Positions 17,582-27,800 of a DNA stretch of 64,000 nucleotides are shown in pieces. The position numbers and the translations under genes are program-made. A model generated the notes under the pieces. The model saw only the letters and a program-made list of their open reading frames with translations, was not told where the DNA came from and ran no database searches. The stretch is from a virus, in the IMG/VR virus record IMGVR_UViG_3300021422_000208, positions 716 to 64,715 of that record; one strand, 5' to 3'. Numbering within the stretch: position 1 is the first letter of the stretch; each line of letters starts with the position of its first letter.

Positions 17582-17601
17582 ATATTCTCCTATTTCTAAT
17601 A

Positions 17602-17630
17602 ATTATACCACTTTGGGTAATAATAGTCAA
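17602..17630 (-). promoter_or_regulatory. Sigma70 promoter for the Hef-like pair
   Basis: TTGACT-17-TATAAT, followed by an AGGAG RBS. Confidence 0.75.
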
Positions 17631-17683
17631 ATAAGTCTGGTCTATTTTGTAATCTAAAAGGCTAAATACCTTTGTCTATTAAC

Positions 17684-17736
17684 CTTGCTTCGGTGAGTAT
17701 TATGCTGTACCCCCACAGCGTAGACGAAAAAACGTC
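17684..17736 (+). promoter_or_regulatory. Three-hairpin 5' leader
   Basis: CTTGC-TTCG-GTGAG; TATGCTGT-acccc c-ACAGCGTA; GACG-aaaaaa-CGTC; between TAAATA (17663) and the RBS. Confidence 0.55.
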
Positions 17737-17753
17737 AACTAAGGAGAAATCAA

Positions 17754-18683
17754 ATGGGACGACCTTTAAATAAAAAATATTTCGGGAATCGCAATGTCGG
17801 TTCACTGAGCGTAACAACTGACAATGGTATTGGTGGTGCAAGTGTAGCAAGTGCGGCGATTGCCACTCCAAGTTCCTATACTGCTAGACCTACTTTTGCA
17901 TTTTCCACACCATCCTTGCCAACTGGCGTACTTGCGACTGGCGGTATTGTGTCTGAGGTTTTAAGTGCTGCTGTAAGTGGTACTCAGACCGGTACTTATG
18001 TTATTGGTGATTTGATAACAATATCAACTGCTGGCGGTTCTGCAATTGCTTATGTGGCTGATGTATTAGTAGGTGCTGTAGTTTCGGTGAATTTCACTGG
18101 CACTGGTGCTACTCGTGGTAGTTTTACAACACTGGGCACTGTCACTACTACTGGTGGTTCTGGTGTTGGTGTAGTATTGGCACCAACTTATCAGGCATTA
18201 TCGGTAACAATTACTGAGCCTGGAAGTGGGTACGTGGCTGCACCAACAATTGCGACTGGTCCAAGTCAGGGTGTTGCTATTAATCTAATTATATTAACTG
18301 TTGATTCTGGTTTTGTTGGTACAGTTTTGAATCAAGAAAATGCAATTGTGGCATATGCTTACACTGGGTCGAGTAGCAAGATAGCTGATATCGTTAAGCA
18401 AGTGGCAAGTCGTCGTTATTTGGTAAACACGGTAGATACTGCTGGTGTTGCAGTAGCGGCAAAACTGAAATCATCTGCTGCGATTGCTGCTGGTGAGATG
18501 ACTGTAATGGCAACTGATGCGAATGGTAACACTTATTTTGTCACGAAGTTAACTTCGCATAAAGCATTGCTTACTCAAGGTGTGCAAAGTGGTAGTAATG
18601 CTTGGTTGTATGCCACTGGTGAGACAGCTCCGTGGAAATTTGCAGTGGCAGCTGGTGTATATGTTCAGATAGAAAATAATTAA
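17754..18683 (+). CDS. Virion structural protein (T/G/V-rich)
   Basis: Late promoter and AAGGAG RBS; MGRPLNKKYFG start; beta-rich composition. Confidence 0.65.
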   Translation: MGRPLNKKYFGNRNVGSLSVTTDNGIGGASVASAAIATPSSYTARPTFAFSTPSLPTGVLATGGIVSEVLSAAVSGTQTGTYVIGDLITISTAGGSAIAYVADVLVGAVVSVNFTGTGATRGSFTTLGTVTTTGGSGVGVVLAPTYQALSVTITEPGSGYVAAPTIATGPSQGVAINLIILTVDSGFVGTVLNQENAIVAYAYTGSSSKIADIVKQVASRRYLVNTVDTAGVAVAAKLKSSAAIAAGEMTVMATDANGNTYFVTKLTSHKALLTQGVQSGSNAWLYATGETAPWKFAVAAGVYVQIENN

Positions 18684-18693
18684 ATAAGACTAC

Positions 18694-18716
18694 AGAGTGG
18701 GTTAATCGCCCACTCT
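18694..18716 (+). terminator. Hairpin after the 17754 gene
   Basis: AGAGTGGG / CCCACTCT. Confidence 0.5.
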
Positions 18717-18730
18717 ATCAAGGATTAAAA

Positions 18731-19708
18731 ATGTCAAGAATATTAAAAATTAGTCAGGCTGATTACCGAGTTCAAGTACAATCTGGCGGAAATATAACGT
18801 TAGATACTGGACTTAACGCAGGTACTGTTGTGATTACTGGTAACCTTGATGTACAAGGTACTTATTCAACTGTTGAATCTACAAATACTACTATTGCCGA
18901 TAATATATTGCAATTGAATTATGGACAAACTGGCAGTGGTATTAGTGGTGCATTAAATTATAGTGCTGGTATTCAGGTTGGGCGTGGAGTTTTGTCAGCT
19001 GCCGAATTTGCGTTTGATGAAAGGATAACTCATTATAATCAAATATCAGCCACTGATGTTGCTGGTACATTTGCTGTGCGTACAGCAGATGGGATATTGA
19101 GTGGGTTACAACTAACTACTATTACCATTGATGGTAATACTGATCTTAATTTTGATTTAAAAAATCAACCGAAGGTGTTAAAACTTGCTAATGTTGATCC
19201 AGTGGCATATGCCAATCTTTTATTACAAGCTTCACCGGAACGGAACTATGCTATTCCTAACAAATTATTTGTGACTACCTACGTTCAGGCTGGGGCAATG
19301 ACTCCTGGCGTGGCTGATGTTGACAGCATTTATAAGAATGATGGGTCTGGGTTAGAACGTACTAAAGTTCAGGCAGGGTTATATAATATAGATTTTTCTA
19401 TATTATCCAATTTACGCGCCCAAATAAACGCGGCTGGTATGAAAATAGACAACATCAATATTAACGGTGACACTATTTCGAATACATTAGGTACTATGGT
19501 ATTAACTGCTGTCACTAATCTAATAACATTGAATTCAGTCATTGGATTGGCAAATCAATCTAGTACACCTAGTTATATATCAGGACAAAACAAATTATAC
19601 TCATCAACAGTTGGTGCTGGTAAGAGTGGTGTATTTTTTACTAACAATACTAACGCTGATGAATTGATAGCTAAAAATAGAGCATTACTATTTAGTATGC
19701 TTTTTTAA
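18731..19708 (+). CDS. Virion structural / fibre-associated protein
   Basis: GNITLDTG..VVITGNLDVQG, DNILQLNYG motifs typical of phage fibre N-termini; in the late cluster. Confidence 0.65.
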   Translation: MSRILKISQADYRVQVQSGGNITLDTGLNAGTVVITGNLDVQGTYSTVESTNTTIADNILQLNYGQTGSGISGALNYSAGIQVGRGVLSAAEFAFDERITHYNQISATDVAGTFAVRTADGILSGLQLTTITIDGNTDLNFDLKNQPKVLKLANVDPVAYANLLLQASPERNYAIPNKLFVTTYVQAGAMTPGVADVDSIYKNDGSGLERTKVQAGLYNIDFSILSNLRAQINAAGMKIDNININGDTISNTLGTMVLTAVTNLITLNSVIGLANQSSTPSYISGQNKLYSSTVGAGKSGVFFTNNTNADELIAKNRALLFSMLF

Positions 19709-19718
19709 AGGATAATAC

Positions 19719-20063
19719 ATGGCAATTTCAAATACGGCAATAGATTCAACCAACACATCAATTTATGCGAGTGTTGGTAATAATGCAATAACATCACTTA
19801 TTGTATGCAATGTAGTAGTTTTTGATCCGGCTAATCCATTAGCTGGTCAAACTGAATTATACTTATATGTAGTACCAAGTGCTGATGTAAATGAATTAAT
19901 AACTTTACCAAGACACACTATAGTAAATGGCTTACCAATTCCAGCCGGTGAAACGGTAATGTTCGACCAAGAAAAAATGGTATTATCAAATGGTGATCAT
20001 ATATTTGCTAAGAGTGGCAGTTTAACTAATTTGGTAGTAACTGTGAGTACATTGGCGGTATAA
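19719..20063 (+). CDS. Small beta-rich virion protein
   Basis: 114 aa, ITSLIVCN...IPAGET...EKMVLSNGD; same pattern as 29364-29693 and the termini of 34994-43828. Confidence 0.65.
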   Translation: MAISNTAIDSTNTSIYASVGNNAITSLIVCNVVVFDPANPLAGQTELYLYVVPSADVNELITLPRHTIVNGLPIPAGETVMFDQEKMVLSNGDHIFAKSGSLTNLVVTVSTLAV

Positions 20064-20064
20064 T

Positions 20065-21072
20065 ATGCGATATTTACGAAAACAAGTTTTGAATAGGCGT
20101 TCGCCATTCGACCAACGGTTATCAGTTGATATCAATGATGCAATTGTTATGAAAACTACTAACAATGTAACGTTACCATCTGGTACGACTGCGCAACGGC
20201 CAGTATCTCCAGTAAATGGCATGTTACGATATAATACTGATATAGTTGCCGGTGGAGAGATGGAAATATACCAATCTAATACCTGGCGTAGTTTACGTTT
20301 CAAAGAATCAACTCAGATTGTACAACAAAATCTTGGTGCCGGTGATAGTATTAATGTGTATTTTGGGCCATTAAATCCAGCTCCGCCAGTTACTACACAA
20401 AGTAATACTACTTGGGGAGCGCAAAATTTATTAGTTGTAGTGGAAAATGTAATTCAATTATCTAATACTAATTATACAATAGTGCAAAATCCGACAACTG
20501 CGTCTGAGGTATATGTGGGGACTAACAGTGTTGACTCATCAATTGACTCAACAGTTATTTATTTTAACACCCACCTGATTGCAAATGGTGCTAGTGGTAA
20601 TGGCACAGTAGTGACATTAACTTTCATCGAGAATACTCAGGTACCATTTTCGGTAGGATCTTCCATTATAGTTACTGGATTCAGTCCATATGGATATAAT
20701 GGTACTTATGTAGTAACTGCTTCTACTAATACTTCGGTAAGTTTTTTAAGTGATATAATTTCAACTATGGTAACTGCTGGAAATATTAAATCTAGTAATG
20801 TAATCTATCCCTCGGTGGACATTACTGGTGCGGTCGTTACTGATTCTAGTTTTCAACCAAATACTGTTATTGTCTCATATGTAATTGATCCTATAACTGA
20901 CGCATTAATTAGTATTACCATTGATAAGCCTACTATCACTGCGATTATATCGGCGAATACAGCTATCACCATTACCGAAACTAGTCATTCAAATACTGGT
21001 TATTATTTAATGTTTAGTTCACCAGTACCAGTGGGTAAACCAGTTACTGTATTACATGGGTTTGACAGGTAA
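20065..21072 (+). CDS. Virion structural / fibre protein
   Basis: PSGTTAQRP..NGMLRYNT motif shared with the downstream giant fibres. Confidence 0.65.
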   Translation: MRYLRKQVLNRRSPFDQRLSVDINDAIVMKTTNNVTLPSGTTAQRPVSPVNGMLRYNTDIVAGGEMEIYQSNTWRSLRFKESTQIVQQNLGAGDSINVYFGPLNPAPPVTTQSNTTWGAQNLLVVVENVIQLSNTNYTIVQNPTTASEVYVGTNSVDSSIDSTVIYFNTHLIANGASGNGTVVTLTFIENTQVPFSVGSSIIVTGFSPYGYNGTYVVTASTNTSVSFLSDIISTMVTAGNIKSSNVIYPSVDITGAVVTDSSFQPNTVIVSYVIDPITDALISITIDKPTITAIISANTAITITETSHSNTGYYLMFSSPVPVGKPVTVLHGFDR

Positions 21073-21087
21073 CTGAGGGAGATACCA

Positions 21088-24000
21088 ATGGGTTTAGAAT
21101 TGGGTAGGGTAAGTGGTAATCTATTATCTAGTAATTTACTGCGTAATGGTGAAAATTTAGCATTTGATACTGAACTGCTGTATTTAGATGTAGCAACTGG
21201 TAAGATTGGTATTAATACTGATATGCCATCACGTGAATTGTTGATTAATGATACTATTCGTAGTTCTAATGTACTAGTTGATACGCAATTGGATATTGGT
21301 AATTTCAATATTACCACTAATGTGATACAACACGTGACTGGTAGTATATTTTTATATCCAGCCCAAGTTGATAATCCAGTTATTAATGTAATCGGTGGGT
21401 TAAACACTGCTAATTTATCATTGGTTAACAATTCAATAATTAATATCATCATCGATGATGATATTAATTTATCACCAATAGGTGATGTGGTTGACATAAC
21501 ATCCATTAATACTTTGGTGAATGGTGATTTACATGCCACTGGTGATGTGACCTGGGATGGTGATGTCATTTTGGGTGATGACAACACTGATGGTATCATA
21601 TTTAACGCATATGTTAAAAGTGCTATAATTCCTACCGTTGATGATGTGTATGATCTAGGTGCGTTGACTGCGACATGGCGGAAATTAATTTCAGTTAATG
21701 CCATTGGCAATTCATTGGTATCAAATACCGCAGTTGTTAATAACATTGATTTATTATTAGTACCTGGTAGTACCATATATGTGTCGGTGAGTGGTGATGA
21801 TACGAATCAAGGTACTCATTTACATGCCACCTATCGGACAATCAAACATGCGTTATCGATGGCTACCGTTGGCGATGAAATTGTCATATTGCCAGGGATA
21901 TATTCTGAAATATTTCCATTAATAGTGCCAGTGGGCGTTAGTGTTAAAGGGACAAGTATCAGGTCAGTTATAATACGACCAATTGTGTCCACTAATCATT
22001 GTGACGCATTCTTATTGAATAGTGGCACTACTATTTCATTTTTAACAATTCAAGATTTTTTTTACAATGCGATAACTAACGTCGGTTATGCTTTTCGGCT
22101 TGCGCCTGGGTATATTGCCGGGGGTAGTTCATATGTATATAATGTCACCGTTATTACCCGAGGTTCGGTAACCAGTGTTGATGATCCGTATGGTTTTGAT
22201 AGTGGTGATGCTGGAGGTGGGGCATACTTAGATGGTAGTGTCGTTAATATTATTTCAGCCGAACCACTGGTATTATTTTATTCTGTTACATTCATAGTAC
22301 CTAATCAAACTGGAATAATGGTGACGAATGGTGTGAGTGTTGAATGGGTTAATTCATTTACTTATTATGCTAGTCGTGGTATATACCTAATCACTGGTGT
22401 ATTAGGACTTGCTAGTCAGGGTCTCAAATGTGGCGCTTCATTGATTGGGATTAATAGTGCTAATATATATGGCACATATGGTATAATTGCTGAAGGTGTA
22501 AGTACCATTGCTAGATTATCCAGTCATAATTTTGGATTTATTGGTTCTGGAAAAATATCAACCGATGACGAAAGTTTGGTCATCCAAGCTAATGAAGTAG
22601 TTGCTATTGATGCTGGTATTATATATTATGAAAGTGTGGATCAACTTGGTGATTATCGCATCGGTGATATATTTTTTGTTGACCAATCTACCGGCAGTGT
22701 TTCGTTAAATGCCCAAAGTATTGGTTTCACTGCGAATGGTAGCATTGTTATCGAAGGTATCAGTGGGGTTACCAGCATATATGATCATGCTGTGCAAACT
22801 GGAAATATACGAATACATCAGAATACAATTGATTCATTAATCGGACCAGTAAATTTATTAGCATCGACTAATGTCACTACATTCACTACTGATGTTATTA
22901 TTACTGGATTGATAAATTTATCAGGTGATATGATCGTTGATGGTGATGTGCATATTGGGGATAGTCCATTTGACGTGCTGACTATTGTTCCTACTTTATC
23001 ACAAACTATATCACCTAACGCAAATAATTTATACACATTAGGTACTGATTTAAAAATTTGGCGAACTGCTTTTTTAACATCATTACTTATTGACAATCAG
23101 ATACAAATAACGGCGAATACTATAACAACACTCACTGTTGATACTGATTTGCAATTATTGGCATCTGGCGTTGGAAAAATTCAAATATCGTCAACCGACG
23201 TGACATTAATGCATGATTTAACAGTTGAAAAATATTCAACTGTTAGCGATGTAGCAATATCTGGTGATGTTTTACAAATCGGTGATGTATTGCTTACTGG
23301 GTTTTCTCGCCGTACTGGTTCTGCTGAAATAATTGGTAATTTAACTATTACTAATGACGTATCATTTGCTGATGTTAAAATTTCTAGTAATAAGTTAATT
23401 ACTACCTTTGCTAATGCTAATTTATTATTTACGGCATCAGGAATTGGTCGCATATCAATCCCCTCTAATGATGTAATTATTGACACTAATATTATCAACT
23501 ATGGTAATTCATATTTTACTAATGTGGAAGTACCAACCGTAACTTCTTTAACTTTAGTTACTACTGATATAACTATTGATAATAACATTATACTTACCAA
23601 TGGGACAAATCATGATTTATTAATTGGGGCAAATAACCTTGGTAAAATTTCAGTACCGGCCAACGATATTAATGTCAGTAATGATTTGACGGTCGTTGGT
23701 GTAATGCGCTTAGCTGGTATTTCATCATTACTTGATACTGAAATTATTGGTTCGTTAACTGTATTGGGTAATGTTACCGCAGTTGGGGCAATTGATATTA
23801 TTGGGCGGTTTGCTAATCATAATATTTCTATAATTGGCAATTCTGCTTATTTGTCCATTCCTAGCATTAAAATACAGGCTAGCGCAATTTCGATATCTGC
23901 CATTGATACTGATTTACTCATTGACACAGGTGGTAATGGAGCTATTGTATTAGATCAGAGGCTGACCATAATCGGTCAAGAAATTAAGAATAGATGGATT

Positions 24001-24732
24001 GCAGCAACTACTGATGAGCAAAAAAGTATTATATTGGCATCCAATAATGGCAATGTTGTTATTGATGCCACAAACTTTTTAACGATACCACATACTGATA
24101 TTGCTAGTCTTAATCTTACTGATGCTGGTGCTATACGATATAATCATCACAATAATATTTATGAAGGGTATACTGTTGCTGGGATAGTTAGTTTTACTGA
24201 TATATATAGTACTGACAAATTAACTCATATTACTGCTGAATTAAGTCCTGGTATTGCAGACAATATCCTGCGCTTTTCCATTAATGGCACCCTTAAAGTT
24301 TCTATTACGAACGAGGTATTGGTTGCTAATTCATTAATGATCGATGATATTAGCATAGTCAATAATACTATTAGCAATAATGTAACATCTCATGATTTGG
24401 AATTTATGCCGGATGGTATTGGTGAGATTAACATAAATGGGCTTTTAATCCATGATACTACCGTAACTAATTATGCTGACTGTGCGTTAATTATTAACAG
24501 TACTGAACATGGATATGTAAAATTTGGTGGTAGTAGTGCGGTAATGTTTCCGTATGGAACTGAATCAGAACGGCGCGATCTACCTGAACTTGGTGAAACA
24601 CGCTATAATACCACCAGTGAATTTATGGAAATATTCAATGGCAATGCGTGGCAACTTGTAGTAGCAACTAATTTGGCAACTTTGACAGAGATAGAAGATG
24701 AACTTAATTTATGGAGTATGCTGCTTGGTTAA
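21088..24732 (+). CDS. Large fibre/spike protein with a parallel beta-helix-like domain
   Basis: VSGNLLSSNLL..LAFDTELLYLDV start; YVSVSGDD..YRTIKHAL..EIFPLIVPVGV beta-helix entry motif; paralogue of the next gene. Confidence 0.7.
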   Translation: MGLELGRVSGNLLSSNLLRNGENLAFDTELLYLDVATGKIGINTDMPSRELLINDTIRSSNVLVDTQLDIGNFNITTNVIQHVTGSIFLYPAQVDNPVINVIGGLNTANLSLVNNSIINIIIDDDINLSPIGDVVDITSINTLVNGDLHATGDVTWDGDVILGDDNTDGIIFNAYVKSAIIPTVDDVYDLGALTATWRKLISVNAIGNSLVSNTAVVNNIDLLLVPGSTIYVSVSGDDTNQGTHLHATYRTIKHALSMATVGDEIVILPGIYSEIFPLIVPVGVSVKGTSIRSVIIRPIVSTNHCDAFLLNSGTTISFLTIQDFFYNAITNVGYAFRLAPGYIAGGSSYVYNVTVITRGSVTSVDDPYGFDSGDAGGGAYLDGSVVNIISAEPLVLFYSVTFIVPNQTGIMVTNGVSVEWVNSFTYYASRGIYLITGVLGLASQGLKCGASLIGINSANIYGTYGIIAEGVSTIARLSSHNFGFIGSGKISTDDESLVIQANEVVAIDAGIIYYESVDQLGDYRIGDIFFVDQSTGSVSLNAQSIGFTANGSIVIEGISGVTSIYDHAVQTGNIRIHQNTIDSLIGPVNLLASTNVTTFTTDVIITGLINLSGDMIVDGDVHIGDSPFDVLTIVPTLSQTISPNANNLYTLGTDLKIWRTAFLTSLLIDNQIQITANTITTLTVDTDLQLLASGVGKIQISSTDVTLMHDLTVEKYSTVSDVAISGDVLQIGDVLLTGFSRRTGSAEIIGNLTITNDVSFADVKISSNKLITTFANANLLFTASGIGRISIPSNDVIIDTNIINYGNSYFTNVEVPTVTSLTLVTTDITIDNNIILTNGTNHDLLIGANNLGKISVPANDINVSNDLTVVGVMRLAGISSLLDTEIIGSLTVLGNVTAVGAIDIIGRFANHNISIIGNSAYLSIPSIKIQASAISISAIDTDLLIDTGGNGAIVLDQRLTIIGQEIKNRWIAATTDEQKSIILASNNGNVVIDATNFLTIPHTDIASLNLTDAGAIRYNHHNNIYEGYTVAGIVSFTDIYSTDKLTHITAELSPGIADNILRFSINGTLKVSITNEVLVANSLMIDDISIVNNTISNNVTSHDLEFMPDGIGEININGLLIHDTTVTNYADCALIINSTEHGYVKFGGSSAVMFPYGTESERRDLPELGETRYNTTSEFMEIFNGNAWQLVVATNLATLTEIEDELNLWSMLLG

Positions 24733-24757
24733 AACTCTTTCATTAGCTAAATACTAG

Positions 24758-24840
24758 CACAGTGAGATTGACAATCTTACGATACGAAACTGTGGTAAAC
24801 CCGCAATGCAAGGTGGTTAACCGTGTAACTCGGTGGTTAA
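24758..24840 (+). promoter_or_regulatory. Structured 5' leader
   Basis: CACAGT/ACTGTG enclosing AGATT/AATCT; ACCG/CGGT; TTAACC/GGTTAA abutting the GGAG RBS. Confidence 0.5.
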
Positions 24841-24849
24841 GGAGAGCTA

Positions 24850-27800
24850 ATGGCTATTGGTCGAATTTCTGGTCCGCTCTTAAAGGCAAATTTACTTCGT
24901 GATGGAGTTGATCTTGCGTTTGAGTCGGATTTATTATATCTAGATGTTATAAATAGGCGAATTGGTGTTAAGACAAAGACGCCATCCCATGACTTAACCA
25001 TCGATGGTACCACCCGCACTACGAATTTGCTTGTTGATACTGCTGCTACTATTGCCACTATTTCTATCAGTGGTAATACTATTGCTAGTAGTAATTCCAT
25101 TATTAATTTATCCCCTAGTGGCAGTAATCCAGTAGTCTATCAAGGGACTATTGTAGTTGACCAATTGCATTTATCCAACAATACAATCCAAACAGTTGGG
25201 ACTGCGACGGATTTAAATATCAGTACGACTGGTACTGGTAAGGTCATAGTCAATGCTGCCGTGATGATACATGGTAATTTACATGCAACTGGTACTATTA
25301 CCGCCGATGGCAATATTACAATTGGCAATACCACTACTGATAGTGTTACTTTCAATTCAGATGTAGCTAGTGACATATTGCCAGATTCTCCCAATTCGTA
25401 TGATTTAGGCAGTGATCCATTACTTGGCGGACATGCTTGGAAAACATCTTATATCAATGACATGCATGCCACTAATATAGTTTCAGACACCATTGTGGTA
25501 AATGATATTAATTTAGTATTGCCAAATGGGCATATCAGATATGTTGCAACTACTGGAAATGACACCAACCTGGGCGTTCATGAGCACAATCCATATCTAA
25601 CAATTAAACATGCATTAAGTCAGGCAGAAGTTGGTGATGTCATTTATATATACCCAGGTACTTATATTGAAATATTTCCATTAACGGTGCCAGTGGGTGT
25701 GACGATACACGGGTCTGGTTTGCGAACAGTTACCATTCAGCCTACCATTGGTACGATTGATAATGATGCATTTTTATTGAATGGTGAGACCACTATCGAA
25801 GATTTGACTATTAGTGGTTATCGATTCAATTCAACTAATAATACCGGTTACGCATTTAGATTTGCTAATAATTTCACAGTAACGATTCGCAGTCCATATG
25901 TACGGAATGTTACGATTATTTCTCGTGGATCAGTTGTTACGAGTGATGATCCATATGGATTTGATAGTAATGATGCCGGGAAAGGAGCATTTTTAGATGG
26001 CAGTATTGCAAATTCGGCAAGTAAAGAAGCAACTTTATTATTTCATTCAGTTACATTTTTCACACCTAATCAAGAAACGATAATTGCTACTAATGGCATT
26101 AGATGTGAATTGATAAATTCATTTACATATTTTGCTGATAAGGGAATATACGCATATTCAAGTTTAAGTGGCTTTGCTGGGGAAGGATTAACTCGCTTGC
26201 GAATTGATGTTAAACTTGGTTCTTGGATGGTAGGAGACACCGTGTCATATTATGATATTGATGGCTCAACTGTGTTGGGATTTGGTGTTGTAGCCAGTTT
26301 GGTTGGTGATTATGTTAATTTGATTGGTCGCCAATTGGGATTTAATACAATAATTGACCGGTCAACTAAATTTATCTACGCCAATGGCAATGCTCATCAA
26401 TCAACTGCGCATTTTAAATTTGGAACTGCTAGTTTATACCTAGATGGTATTAATAGTTTTATAAATGTTGCCAGTCAACCTGATTTCAATTTTGGAACTG
26501 GTGATTTTACTATCGAATTAAATATCTATAGAACGACTGATTCGGTATCACCGCAGACGATACTTGACATGCGGACAGCAGCTCCGCAAGTTGCGCCATT
26601 GCTTTATTTAAAATCAACAAATGTATTAGCATTAACTGTTAATGGGGTAGAGGAAATAGTTGGTAGTAGCATACCAATGTCATCATGGATTCATATTGCG
26701 TTAGCTCGGCATGGAACTTCTACTCGGTTATTTGTCAATGGTTACCAAGCTGGCTTGACTTATACTGACACAAATGTTTACATTCAAAGTCCGGTGCGGA
26801 TAGGCGCTGCGTATGATATAAGTGATCTATTTACCGGTTATATTGATGATTTTAGTATTAGCAAGGGTATTGCGAAATATACTACTACTTTTGTGCCACC
26901 GACTGTTGCGTTGCGTGGTGACACTTCAACTGTTTTGCTCTTACATTTAAATGGGGGTAACAATTCAACTGCTATATTAGATGATGGCATAACAATTCAA
27001 GATATTCGGGCTAGTTCCGGCGGTACTGCTTCTATTATAAATTTTGCTGATTATTCAGATTTTGGTGCTGAAATTAGGGTTATTGGGTCCGCTAACATGT
27101 ATGGTAATCATGGTGTGTATGCTACTGGCATTGGTGTAACAATACATCTAATTGCGCATACATTTTCATTTATTGGTACTGGAAAAGATTCATCAAATAC
27201 AAGTAACCCACTTGATAATTACGAGCAGTATGAAATTACTAAACTGGATGATGCAGTTATTTATTACACTAGTACTAACGAACATGGTGATTTTAGGGTA
27301 GGTGATAATTTTTATATAGATCAACGCAGTGGTGAGGTTTTATTTAATAATCAAAATCTAACAATTACTAGTGCCACTGGGGTGACTTTCACCAATGGGA
27401 TTGATACTACTACCATTACGTATGAGGATATTACCACTGGTAATATCAGAATTAGTGGTAATACAATTGCGAGTATGCTGGGTGATGTGAATATTACTGC
27501 GGCAAGTGGTATTATTAATCTACAAAATGACACGATTATAACTGGTGATTTGACGGTGACTGGTGATGTAAATATTGGCGGTAATATTACAGTTGGCAAT
27601 CAAACAAGTGACACTGTGACATTTATTGCAGGGATTGGCAGTAATCTGGTGCCATCAACTACATCCTTATATGATTTAGGTACACCTGATCTACGGTGGA
27701 ATGTTGCTCATCTAAGTAGAGTTGAGGTAGATTCATTGGTCATTGATGCTAATACAATCAGTACTACTTATGGCAATGACGATTTAATATTGACTGCTCA

